Shown here piece by piece: positions 29,025 through 37,793 of a DNA stretch of 64,000 nt (position 1 is its first letter; each line of letters starts with the position of its first letter). The stretch lies in the NCBI GenBank assembly GCA_965247295.1, contig CBDFGQ010000004.1:65356-129355 (forward strand), read 5' to 3'. This DNA comes from Dehalococcoidia bacterium. Lineage in GTDB: Bacteria; Chloroflexota; Dehalococcoidia; Lucifugimonadales; JAGWBF01. The notes under the pieces are model-generated. The model did no database searches. It was not told the DNA's origin and saw only the letters and a program-made list of their open reading frames with translations. The position numbers and the translations under genes were made by a program.

Positions 29025-32000
29025 CTAGCTCGTTCGGGGGACGATTGCCGGGATCTCTAGCTCGCGGACCAGGTTCTCGAACGCCGAGACATCTTTATCG
29101 ATTATCTCCTCCACACGGTCCAGGTGAGGCTGGATCTTGGCACTGATGTCCGCGAATACCGCCAACGCCTGCGTGGGTGGTGCGAAGTCGGCGGCTGCCA
29201 CCACTGCTGTGATCTCTGCCAGCTTCGCGTTCAGCCTGGCGGGCAGGTTCAATCGGTCCCGGGCGCCGGTGTGGGCGACCTGGATCAGCTCATCTTCCGC
29301 CGCTTTGAGCCTATCCTTAATCGTCTTGCCCGAAGTTGCGACGGCCTCCCCCGAGGCGTGATCCTTGGCTCTCTCGATCCACTCGTTGACCTGCAGGCGG
29401 ACGCTGCGCAGCTTGATTATGGAGTCGTGGGTCTCCGACAACCTATCGCGGATCCTGACCAACAGGTCGAACTGGGCCTCGAAGTCCTTCTGGGTCGCGG
29501 TTACCCGCGGGTCTTTAACGAGCAGGAAGCTTTCGGCCTGGGAATCGTCACCGACGTTCAGCCGCGCCTGGTACCGTCCCGGTGGGGCCATGGGTCCGAA
29601 GCCCTCGTCGTCCATTGTCTTGTCGCCGGGCACCTTTCGCGCGTCGGGGTAGCGCATGTGCCAGATGAACCGGTTCATGCCCACCTCCGCCGGCACTCGC
29701 TGCTCGGGCGGCTGGATTAAGTCCTTACTTTCGGGCTCCTTGCTGGAGTAGGTCCGGATCTCCTCTCCGTGAGAGTCGAAGAAGCTCAGCGTCACCTCGG
29801 CCTCAGGCTTCTCCTTCAGGTAGTAGTTGACTATCACTCCGTGCGGGGGGTTCTTGCCCCCGTCCAGAAAGTCAAGCTTCAGGTCTCCGTAGGGATCGGT
29901 CGTCTCGGTGTAGGCGATATAGCCACCCACGCCCCTCGTGTAGCTCTTCCCCGGGGTCGGTTTCTGGACTCGGAAGGGCGCCGCCGTCCGGTAGGTATCA
30001 CGTGGCCTGAGCAGGGTGAACTGCGGTGCTGCCAGCTCCCCAGCGAGCTGACGGACCTGCGTCAGGTCGTCCATGATCCAGAAGGAGCGCCCATGGGTGG
30101 CGGCTACCAGGTCGTCGTCCTTGACGATCAGATCGTAGACCGGAACCTTGGGCAGGTTGGCCTGCATGGGCTTCCACGACTGCCCATCGTCGAACGAGAT
30201 GTAGGCGGTGGTCTCTGTGCCAGCGTAGAGCAGCCCGGGACGCACCGGGTCCTCTCGCACGACCCTGGTGTAGTCTTCCTCGGGGATGCCGTTGGTTATC
30301 TTGGTCCAGGACCTTCCGTAGTCGCCGGTCTTGTACAGCAACGGAGTGTTGTCGTCGAGCTTGTAGCGCGTCGCGGCCAGATACGCCTTGGCCGGGTCGT
30401 GAGGTGAGGGCTCGATCATGCTGATCAGCGTCCACTCAGCCATTCCGTCGGGGGTTATGTTGTCCCAATTGGCGCCGCCGTCGCGAGAGATGTGGACGAG
30501 CCCATCGTCCGAGCCAGCCCAGAATACGCCCTTCTCGTGGGGCGACTCGACGAAGGCGAAGATGGTGGCGTATGTCTCCGCCCCTGACGTGTCCAAGGTG
30601 ACGGGCCCTCCCGAAGGCCCCAACTTGGTCTCGTCGTTGCGTGTCAGGTCGGGACTGATGGGCTCCCAACTGCTACCCTGGTCTCGGGACCGAAAAGCGA
30701 TGTTGCCCGAGACGTAGAGGTCGTCGGAGTCGTGGGGCGAGAAGAAGATGGGATAGGTCCACTGGAACCGGTACTTCATCTCCTTGGCGCCCAGGCCGAT
30801 GTTGATCTCGGGCCACACGGTGATGATTCTTATCTGGCCGGTCCGGTGGTCGTAGCGCAGCATGTTGCCCCCGCCACCCGGAGAGCTGCCGATGGCGCCG
30901 GAGATGACGATGTTGGGGTCTTCCGGATGCACGGCTATATGGCCGCTCTCCGATGTCCCAACTGTGTAGCAGTCGCCCCAGGGTATGGCTCCTTTGTGCG
31001 TCATTGAGGGCACGCTGATGGCCGAGTTGTCTTGCTGGGTGCCGTAGAGGCGGTAAGGGTACTGGTTGTCCGCGGCGACGTGATAGAACTGGGCGGTAAG
31101 CTGGTTGTAGATGGTGGACCACGAGTCGCCGCCGTTGAACGAGACGCAGGCGCCACCGTCGTTGCCCTCGATCATGCGCTGGGGGTTGCGAGGGTCGATC
31201 CAGAGGTCGTGGTTGTCGCCGTGGGGCGTCGTTACCTCGGTGAATGCCCTGCCCCCGTCGATGGACTTCCAGCACTTGTAGTTGAGGATCCACAGGGTGT
31301 CCTGGTCCTTAGGGTCAGCGAAGACGTGCTGGTAGTACCACGGCCGTCCCTGGAGGTCCTGGTTGTTGCTGACCATCTCCCACTTGGCGCCGCCGTCGTC
31401 GGAGCGGTACAGCGCTGCTTTCTCGGACTCGACCGTAGCCCATACGCGACCGGACCTGGCGGGCGACACGGCCACACCGATGCGACCCTTGGTCCCCTCG
31501 GGCAGACCCGGGTTGTTGGTGATGTCGGTCCACGTATCTCCCCCGTCCACGGACCTGTACAGCGCGCTGTCGGGTCCGCCGCTGGTGAGGCTCCAGGGGT
31601 TCCGGTTGGCCTGCCAGATAGATGCGTACAGGATCCGAGGGTTGTTCGGGTCCATCGACAGGTCGGCCGCCCCGGCGCTGTCGCTCCTGGACAGAACATG
31701 CTCCCAGTTCTTGCCGCCGTCGGTAGAGCGGAACACCCCTCGCTGTGCGTTGGGTCCGAAGGCGTGCCCGAGGGCCGCCACGTACACCTGGTCCGGGTCT
31801 TTGGGGTGGACGCGTACCCGCGAGATGTGGCGGGTGTCCTCTAGTCCCAGGTGGGTCCACGTCTTGCCTGCGTCCGTCGACTTGTACACACCGTCGCCGT
31901 AGGAGACGTCGAGGCGGATGCATGCCTCCCCCATACCCGCGTAGAGGACGTTGGGGTCCGAGTCGGAGACCGCGATGGCACCGACCGATGCCGTCTTGAA

Positions 32001-32189
32001 GTAGCCGTCGGACACGTTCTGCCAATACGTGCCGGCGTCGTCAGTCTTCCATACGCCTCCGGCGCACGCGCCGAAGTAGAACACGGCAGGATTCACTGGG
32101 TCGCCTGCAACGGCCACCACCCGTCCTCCCCGCGGTGGGCCAATGCAACGCCATTCCAGTCCGTTGAGCATGTTCTGGTCGACAGTCAC
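29025..32189 (-). CDS. Large BNR/Asp-box, sortilin/VPS10-type double-propeller protein (GH74-like glycosidase family)
   Basis: 1054 aa with many Asp-boxes (KTDDAGTYW, STDAGKTW, STDGGKNW, SVDGGDTW, SDDGGAKW, SIDGGRAF, SRDGGANW, FDDGQSW). Confidence 0.85.
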   Translation of the reverse strand: MTVDQNMLNGLEWRCIGPPRGGRVVAVAGDPVNPAVFYFGACAGGVWKTDDAGTYWQNVSDGYFKTASVGAIAVSDSDPNVLYAGMGEACIRLDVSYGDGVYKSTDAGKTWTHLGLEDTRHISRVRVHPKDPDQVYVAALGHAFGPNAQRGVFRSTDGGKNWEHVLSRSDSAGAADLSMDPNNPRILYASIWQANRNPWSLTSGGPDSALYRSVDGGDTWTDITNNPGLPEGTKGRIGVAVSPARSGRVWATVESEKAALYRSDDGGAKWEMVSNNQDLQGRPWYYQHVFADPKDQDTLWILNYKCWKSIDGGRAFTEVTTPHGDNHDLWIDPRNPQRMIEGNDGGACVSFNGGDSWSTIYNQLTAQFYHVAADNQYPYRLYGTQQDNSAISVPSMTHKGAIPWGDCYTVGTSESGHIAVHPEDPNIVISGAIGSSPGGGGNMLRYDHRTGQIRIITVWPEINIGLGAKEMKYRFQWTYPIFFSPHDSDDLYVSGNIAFRSRDQGSSWEPISPDLTRNDETKLGPSGGPVTLDTSGAETYATIFAFVESPHEKGVFWAGSDDGLVHISRDGGANWDNITPDGMAEWTLISMIEPSPHDPAKAYLAATRYKLDDNTPLLYKTGDYGRSWTKITNGIPEEDYTRVVREDPVRPGLLYAGTETTAYISFDDGQSWKPMQANLPKVPVYDLIVKDDDLVAATHGRSFWIMDDLTQVRQLAGELAAPQFTLLRPRDTYRTAAPFRVQKPTPGKSYTRGVGGYIAYTETTDPYGDLKLDFLDGGKNPPHGVIVNYYLKEKPEAEVTLSFFDSHGEEIRTYSSKEPESKDLIQPPEQRVPAEVGMNRFIWHMRYPDARKVPGDKTMDDEGFGPMAPPGRYQARLNVGDDSQAESFLLVKDPRVTATQKDFEAQFDLLVRIRDRLSETHDSIIKLRSVRLQVNEWIERAKDHASGEAVATSGKTIKDRLKAAEDELIQVAHTGARDRLNLPARLNAKLAEITAVVAAADFAPPTQALAVFADISAKIQPHLDRVEEIIDKDVSAFENLVRELEIPAIVPRTS

Positions 32190-32311
32190 ACTATCACCTC
32201 TTCTGCGTCATGTAAGCTGGTCCTCTGCCATAGAGAAACACTATCATTACCAATCGTACGCCCAGGTAGCCCCCAGGGCCTGCGGCCCGAGATCCCAGAG
32301 AACTCCTCGGG

Positions 32312-32464
32312 CTACCGAGCTTGAGCGCGCCCTCGGGTCGCCGCTGCTGGCACAATACGGGACCGTCGCACCATGCGCTGCTCCATCGTCGTCTTACGCA
32401 CCCAAGACTCCAGCGTTCTCCGCTCCTGTTCCGTCAGGGCAATGGTTGTCGCTACTCCTGCCAT
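32312..32464 (-). pseudogene. Remnant of an IS630-like transposase N-terminal HTH
   Basis: Own translation: MAGVATTIALTEQERRTLESWVRKTTMEQRMVRRSRIVPAAATRGRAQAR*. The LTxxERxxLExxxR...RxRIV pattern is typical of the N-terminus of IS630-family transposases. Only about 50 aa remain. Confidence 0.35.
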
Positions 32465-33416
32465 ACAAGGAGCATACTAGGGTTGGGCTAAACTCACCGT
32501 TCCCCCTCCATGCTAGCGGTATCACACCTCGTGCGTTGACGGCCGTTCAGGAATTTCCTCTAACGCGTATGCGATCACAGGCACCGGTACCAGAGGTAAA
32601 GCCATACGCATTTCCCGTTCATTACGGTCTGTTTCTTAGTCTGCTGGCTGTTCCAGTTGGGTTTTCCCACTACCTGGAGCAGCCGATGGGCCCACCTCCG
32701 TCTTCTCTACGTGAATGATCATAGGCGCGTGGGTAAGCTACACCTATGCTGGCTCGACGTCAAATCCGTGTGTATGGCCGGTAGTGTAGCCTGCTGGATG
32801 TAAAGGAGAGCGCGCTTATCCTTCCAGGATGTAGACATTGACCAAGCTTGGGCTGGTTGAATTCTGTAAGTCGCCGACTGCGAGGCATAACCAGCCTCAC
32901 GCATTGTAGTGCCTAGCCTTGTACCAGGTATCGCCTTGTCAGGCATCCTGCGGCCTTTCCTACGCCATGCTGCACCCACACCGCCTCCGCCCAGTGCTGA
33001 CCTAATTGTTGGCCTCGTTTGCTATTACAGCCCATGACAACTGCCCCTGGGGCGACGGGGCCACGCTACCTTATCATGGGTGTCAAGTGTGGGGATGCAG
33101 CTGTGACTAAGGCTCAAGCCAAGCTGCCGGTGATGCTGGTGACCTGGCCGATATGCCCGTACCGATTCCGTACGGGCCCACAAAACTGACTTCTCGGAAT
33201 TTCGTCTGGCACAAGCGGGACGTGGAAAAATCTCTGAAGAGAGACGGCATCCCCGCCCGCCGTAAGGCCCCATCACGCTCCCGGATAGGGCCCTTTATAT
33301 TCGTCCACGTAGGTCTACGAAAAGGACCGTGGGCATTTCGTGGACATGCACAGCTCTTTAGAACAGGGCCCGCGTCGCAATCACAGCGAATATCGTCTCA
33401 GTGTTTAGCTGAAACC

Positions 33417-33502
33417 TGGTGCCGAGGGAGGGATTCGAACCCACACACCCGTGAGGGTAGCGGATTTTAAGTCCGCCGCGTCTACCATTCCGCCACCTCG
33501 GC
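33417..33502 (-). tRNA. tRNA-Leu (anticodon UAA), class II with long variable arm, CCA encoded
   Basis: Minus strand GCCGAGGTGGCGGAATGGTAGACGCGGCGGACTTAAAATCCGCTACCCTCACGGGTGTGTGGGTTCGAATCCCTCCCTCGGCACCA. 7-bp acceptor stem, anticodon stem GCGGA/TCCGC with loop CTTAAAA, TTCGAAT T-loop. Confidence 0.9.
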
Positions 33503-33676
33503 CCATCGCTAGCCGGTACGAATGAAAACGCAGGAGGAGCACGCTGCGTACACATGCCCCTACCTGCGTCCATTTTTTAGGGGTTGGAGGCGACGGGCGG
33601 ATTCGGAAGCCCGTCATTTGTGAGCGGTTGTTGAAGGTTGTAGACGTAGCTATTCATAGCTATTTTCACACTAGGC

Positions 33677-33728
33677 GGTTGTCTATGATATGTGGATGGT
33701 TGTCGGCGTTGTCGGCATTTGTGTCGGC
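33677..33728. repeat. Cluster of short direct repeats (GGTTGTC / TGTCGGC x3); candidate integrase arm-type binding sites
   Basis: ggcGGTTGTCtatgatatgtggatGGTTGTCGGCGTTGTCGGCatttgTGTCGGC lies between the integrase stop and the tRNA-Leu. Confidence 0.45.
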
Positions 33729-33806
33729 AAATCAGAGGTCTTCGCAGCAGATCAAACCCCCGTTCTTCAATATACTTGGACGGCAACCACGGGGATATTT
33801 TACCAC

Positions 33807-34937
33807 TTATTCTTCTTTCATCGCCCGTGCGAAAGCTTCGGCTGCTTGCTTCTGCCATCCAGGGAGAGAATGGGCGTAGATGTCCGCGGTAGTAGAGACG
33901 CTGGCATGCCCGAGTCGCTTGCTCACGACCACAACACTCTGCCCACTTTGCAGCGAGACAGAGGCATGAAAGTGCCGCAAGCTCCGTACAGTCAGTTCCG
34001 GGCGACCGACACGTTGCCCAAAGCTCTTTACCGCCTTCGATAGGTTGTCTGGGTTAATCCACTCTCCATATGCCCCGGCAAATACTCTCCCATAGTCCTT
34101 ATATGCCTCACGCATGAGCTCCTTAACTGTTCGCTGCTCTTCTTGGTGCTTGGCGAACACTGCGATGGTTCCAGCATCGAGATCAATCACGCGCCTCCCG
34201 CTATGGGTCTTGGGTGGGTCCACGTATAGTCCCCGTTCGAGGGTGCGCGAAAGAGACCGCTCGATGAGAATACGTCCTTGCTCCAGGTCCACGTCGTTCC
34301 AGAGCAGTCCCATCGCCTCGCCACGGCGCATGCCGGTATAGGCAATAAGGTGAATACAAGCGAAGAGGTAATGCTCCTCCGCCCTCGCCAGTTCAAGGGC
34401 AGCACGAACGGATCTGATATCCGGTGGTGCAGGTTCCTGACGGATTATCCGAGGTGGCACCACTGCCGATACGGGGTTCCTATAGACCAACTCCATGCGC
34501 AGGGCGTGTTTCATAGCACCTGACAGGACACGGTGAACGAGGCCCACCCCTTCTGCTGCCATACCTTGGGCTGAGAGTTGGGATTCCAAGGCCTGTACAT
34601 GAGATGGGGCTAGCTTGGTCAGCTGCACGTAGCCTATGGCTGGCTTGATGTGGCGGGCGATAATTCCCTGGTATCGTTCCTTGGTGCGCTGGCGCCGGTT
34701 TGGCGCGATGATCTCTTGCATCCACCGGTCCAGCCAGTCCCGCAACAGTATCTTCTCGGTCGAGAGGGCAATGCCCTGATCGAGGCTAGTAAGGAACTCC
34801 CGGAGCTTGCGTTGGGCCTGGGCTTTAGTACCCCGGACAGTGATGAAACGGCGCTGTCGTTTGCCCAGGCCGTCCCGCCCGGTGTCGATAGTGAGCTCCC
34901 AGGAGCCGGGGCTGCGCTGTCGGAGGGCGCCTTTCAT
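33807..34937 (-). CDS. Tyrosine recombinase / phage integrase
   Basis: 376 aa with N-terminal SAM-like domain, RRGEAMGLLW, LRHFHASVSLQSG, LGHASVSTTADIYAH (R-H-R-Y catalytic pattern). Confidence 0.9.
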   Translation of the reverse strand: MKGALRQRSPGSWELTIDTGRDGLGKRQRRFITVRGTKAQAQRKLREFLTSLDQGIALSTEKILLRDWLDRWMQEIIAPNRRQRTKERYQGIIARHIKPAIGYVQLTKLAPSHVQALESQLSAQGMAAEGVGLVHRVLSGAMKHALRMELVYRNPVSAVVPPRIIRQEPAPPDIRSVRAALELARAEEHYLFACIHLIAYTGMRRGEAMGLLWNDVDLEQGRILIERSLSRTLERGLYVDPPKTHSGRRVIDLDAGTIAVFAKHQEEQRTVKELMREAYKDYGRVFAGAYGEWINPDNLSKAVKSFGQRVGRPELTVRSLRHFHASVSLQSGQSVVVVSKRLGHASVSTTADIYAHSLPGWQKQAAEAFARAMKEE

Positions 34938-36584
34938 TTAGCTTTCACAGACGATCCCATCATCGTCGGCGTCTCTCATGTATTGATACGCCGGATGCCC
35001 CCGGCGTACAGGTGCGATGCCATGGTTCCGCGCCTCGTCGCAGGTGATGCGCCCGTTGCCATTGTCGTCCCATAGCGCCAGCGCGTCCACGTCGGGACCG
35101 GGGGGTGGGATTGGCGTTGGGGTCACCGACTCCGTAGCGGAAACCACGACCATCTCCACAGACGAGCAGCCAGTCAGCACGAGGCCTAGAGCATCCGCTT
35201 CGGCTTGATCGACGGTGAGCTCATACTTGAGCCGGACCTGGACGATTCGATCTGCGAACCAGCACGTATTCATGTCAGGCAGCCACTCGGCCGCATCCTT
35301 ATCGCTCTTCTGGTGGCGGTTGACGCTCGGGTCAGCGAGCGTGAGGTTTAGCAGGTCAGCGGCGAACTCGCGCCGCGTTGCATCGTTAGCGGCGCACAAG
35401 CCGCTATCGTGGGCCTCAGAACGTGCGACGATGTGCTCAATGTCGGTGTCCTTCTGACTGGCAAACCAACGGCCTGTATAAGGCCCATAGATTCCGCCTA
35501 TATCTGCAACGATTTGGGCCTCAACAGACTGGGAGTAGGGATAATCATCTGGATCGTACGATGAGCAGCGGTCTTCTGGAGCAAGAACGAGACCACGCCA
35601 AGTTGTCAATGACGTAGAAGTTGGAGTGAGTGTAGGCGATGGAGTGCTGGTTGGCGTGGCTATATCATCTGGTGGATAGTAAAAGGCACACATACCATTC
35701 TCAAGTTCCTCGTGTGGGACGTTGCTATACAAGTCTGGAAACTGTTGCCGATTGGAACAGGGTTCCTCTTCGCGGGTATATCCTTGGGCGATGGCTTCAC
35801 TTATGGATATGGTTTCTGGCGTGGCCGTTGGGGTCGGCATGGCGGTTGGCTCAGGCGTGGCTGTGGGCTCAGGTGTAGTGAATTCCAAACTGCACGGATT
35901 CTCCTCGACTAGCACTTCCGGTGAAACGTAGACAACCCATTTGCTATCCTGCCACACCCATCCCGGCTCTTCGTCTGTTACGCTTTCGTCGTCATCAAGA
36001 TCGAACGACACTCCGTCCTTTTCCCAGTGGGAGTCAGTCCATCCATTGTCACCGTCTATCCTCACTCCATCTAAGACATAGGACGCACCTTCAGGTATAC
36101 CCCAGAATGACCATGCAAAGGTCAGGAGTACTGCGAAATCCTCTAATGAGCATTTCGCTTTATACTCGTCAGGATAGAAGGAACGTAACAACGCCCATTC
36201 GCGTTTGGCTAGTGCACCACCGGCGACGGTGCCGACTTGCGATAACAGTGCTGCCCTGTCGACCTCTGCGGTTGGCTCAGGCGTCGCCGTAGGCGTTGGT
36301 GTATTCGTAACCTCGTCCACTGTGGGTGTCGGCGTTGGAGTGCTGGGCATAGTTGCGTTCGTCGCCTCAGGTGTAGCCGTCGGCTCTGCGGTCGGACTAA
36401 ATGGTGTATTCGTAGGAAGCAAGGATGCGGGTGTCGTGGTGGGCTTAGGAGTCGCGGGAGCCCCTGTAGCTGACGGAGTGGACTCCACCGTTGGTTCTGC
36501 GGTAGCAACGAGTTCAGGCGTTTCTTCCCCGCAGGCCGCCGCCGCTAGCAGGAGGAGTAGGCTGATTGCTATGATGGTGCGCAT
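34938..36584 (-). CDS. Secreted (probable lipoprotein) DUF1524-type His-Me/HNH nuclease with C-terminal Excalibur Ca-binding domain
   Basis: Signal peptide MRTIIAISLLLLLAAAAC. Long Pro/Thr-rich linkers. DTDIEHIVARSEAHDSGL...LADPSVNRHKSDKD is DUF1524-like. The C-terminus DDNGNGRITCDEARNHGIAPVRRGHPAYQYMRDADDDGIVCE is Excalibur-like. The stop TAA abuts the integrase ATG. Confidence 0.7.
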   Translation of the reverse strand: MRTIIAISLLLLLAAAACGEETPELVATAEPTVESTPSATGAPATPKPTTTPASLLPTNTPFSPTAEPTATPEATNATMPSTPTPTPTVDEVTNTPTPTATPEPTAEVDRAALLSQVGTVAGGALAKREWALLRSFYPDEYKAKCSLEDFAVLLTFAWSFWGIPEGASYVLDGVRIDGDNGWTDSHWEKDGVSFDLDDDESVTDEEPGWVWQDSKWVVYVSPEVLVEENPCSLEFTTPEPTATPEPTAMPTPTATPETISISEAIAQGYTREEEPCSNRQQFPDLYSNVPHEELENGMCAFYYPPDDIATPTSTPSPTLTPTSTSLTTWRGLVLAPEDRCSSYDPDDYPYSQSVEAQIVADIGGIYGPYTGRWFASQKDTDIEHIVARSEAHDSGLCAANDATRREFAADLLNLTLADPSVNRHQKSDKDAAEWLPDMNTCWFADRIVQVRLKYELTVDQAEADALGLVLTGCSSVEMVVVSATESVTPTPIPPPGPDVDALALWDDNGNGRITCDEARNHGIAPVRRGHPAYQYMRDADDDGIVCES

Positions 36585-36673
36585 TCTTACCCCTAAATGT
36601 AGCTTACGACCCGCTAGTCCAGCGAGTCAAGACCAAGCCCGGGTTAACCTCCTCATACTGATATACTATCGAT

Positions 36674-37072
36674 ATGCTCTCGGATGATCTCATCCAGGAA
36701 CAGGCCTATCTGGTGTCACGCGGGGTACGTCCGCTGGCTCTACTGGAATCCGTCAGTCTTGAACCTGCGGAGATGGTCAACACGTTTGTCCGCCTCAACC
36801 AAGTCGCAGTGGACCCTGCCATCCCCTTCGTGCTGCCTCGCAGGGATATGAACTGCGCGATGACAGGATTCGCCGCTGCTCCATGGGTGATTGAGCTTCT
36901 CCAGTGGTCCTACGACCATGCCCCTCTTCGACAGCACCACCGCATTATCGGACTGTTGTTGGGCTACTCCGTCAGCGCCATAGCCGAGCACGACTCCCGT
37001 GAGTTCGCGGGTCGGCCTAAGGAGCAATCCAGGTCCACTCAACAGCCCGCTTGCAATAGGAGCACGGAGTAA
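36674..37072 (+). CDS. Hypothetical protein (lysogeny-region cargo)
   Basis: 132-aa ORF with plausible composition. No recognisable motif. Confidence 0.45.
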   Translation: MLSDDLIQEQAYLVSRGVRPLALLESVSLEPAEMVNTFVRLNQVAVDPAIPFVLPRRDMNCAMTGFAAAPWVIELLQWSYDHAPLRQHHRIIGLLLGYSVSAIAEHDSREFAGRPKEQSRSTQQPACNRSTE

Positions 37073-37343
37073 ACGTATCGCCCTTGCCGAATCGATGCGT
37101 ATGGCTGCAGTCACCCTGGTAAAGCCCCGACTGCTGGCAAGTCTCCCCTGTGCTAGGCAATGTCTCAACTCCTTTCCAGGCCCGCTTCTCCTAAAACGTC
37201 CTGCCTAACCAGCGTACTTCGCCGATGATGTCTGTGCCATACAGCAGAGGTGCAGGCGGCCAGTCAGGGTTGTCGCTGACCACCAGCCATCGCCCTCGGT
37301 CCGCAATGCGTACTTCATCGATGAAATTCATATGTTCTCCTCT

Positions 37344-37793
37344 CTACACTCTCATCAACCGTCCCTGTACTTCCACAAAGTTAGCCGGAACGCCGAAATA
37401 CGCAGCGATCTCCTGGACAGTTCCTAGCCCTTCGTCCCAGGCTTCATCCTTGTCCACCAGGAGATGAAAGGCAAAGTCTTCGGCCTCGCGTTCGAGTTTG
37501 TCCACCAAGCCGCTGTTTGCTCGCAGCCATATGTTATTCAAGTGGGAGTGCATGATGAAATGCCCAATGCCATGAGCGACCGCCCAGCGTTGCGCCGGCC
37601 TATCCAGCTGTTCCGCTACTGCGATGTTATTCTCAACGATGACCTCATGGAGTTCATCAGGTGGCATCGCCCGCTCGTACACTTCAAGGCCAAGCATATG
37701 AGCTACCTCGGCCACATTCGCCTGTCCCGAGAGACCGAATTTGCGGCGTATCCTCTCAGCTTCCAGATTGGCTTTCACGGCGCTCTTTCTCAT
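37344..37793 (-). CDS. ImmA/IrrE-family (DUF955) metallopeptidase-like protein with an HGxxH variant motif
   Basis: RWAVAHGIGHFIMHSH...EREAEDFAFHLLV matches the ImmA layout, but the catalytic Glu of HExxH is Gly. The start is uncertain (37793 or 37835) and overlaps the XRE gene. Confidence 0.7.
   Translation of the reverse strand: MRKSAVKANLEAERIRRKFGLSGQANVAEVAHMLGLEVYERAMPPDELHEVIVENNIAVAEQLDRPAQRWAVAHGIGHFIMHSHLNNIWLRANSGLVDKLEREAEDFAFHLLVDKDEAWDEGLGTVQEIAAYFGVPANFVEVQGRLMRV

Larger units (their letters stand above)
3470..33472. mobile_element. Putative degraded tRNA-Leu-associated genomic island (about 30 kb)
   Basis: Bounded by the intact tRNA-Leu and a direct repeat of its 3' half. 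Contains IS3, an IS630-like remnant, an smpB fragment and several pseudogenes. No intact integrase lies inside. Confidence 0.45.

Noticed and set aside
33154-33176. 8-bp stem hairpin GCCCGTAC-n7-GTACGGGC
   Set aside because: No T-run follows on either strand and no gene end is adjacent. It is not supportable as a terminator.
35600-36520. Repetitive ACNCCN/GAGCCN stretches that could be mistaken for a repeat array or CRISPR
   Set aside because: They encode the Pro/Thr-rich linkers (TPEPTATPEPTA...) of the lipoprotein nuclease. The units are imperfect, contiguous and in frame, with no spacer structure. No CRISPR array is present anywhere in the window.
37191-37331. 46-aa minus-strand ORF (MNFIDEVRIADRGRWLVVSDNPDWPPAPLLYGTDIIGEVRWLGRTF) with a GGAG RBS just downstream of the ImmA-like gene
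   Set aside because: Plausible but too short to support without homologues, so it is left unannotated.
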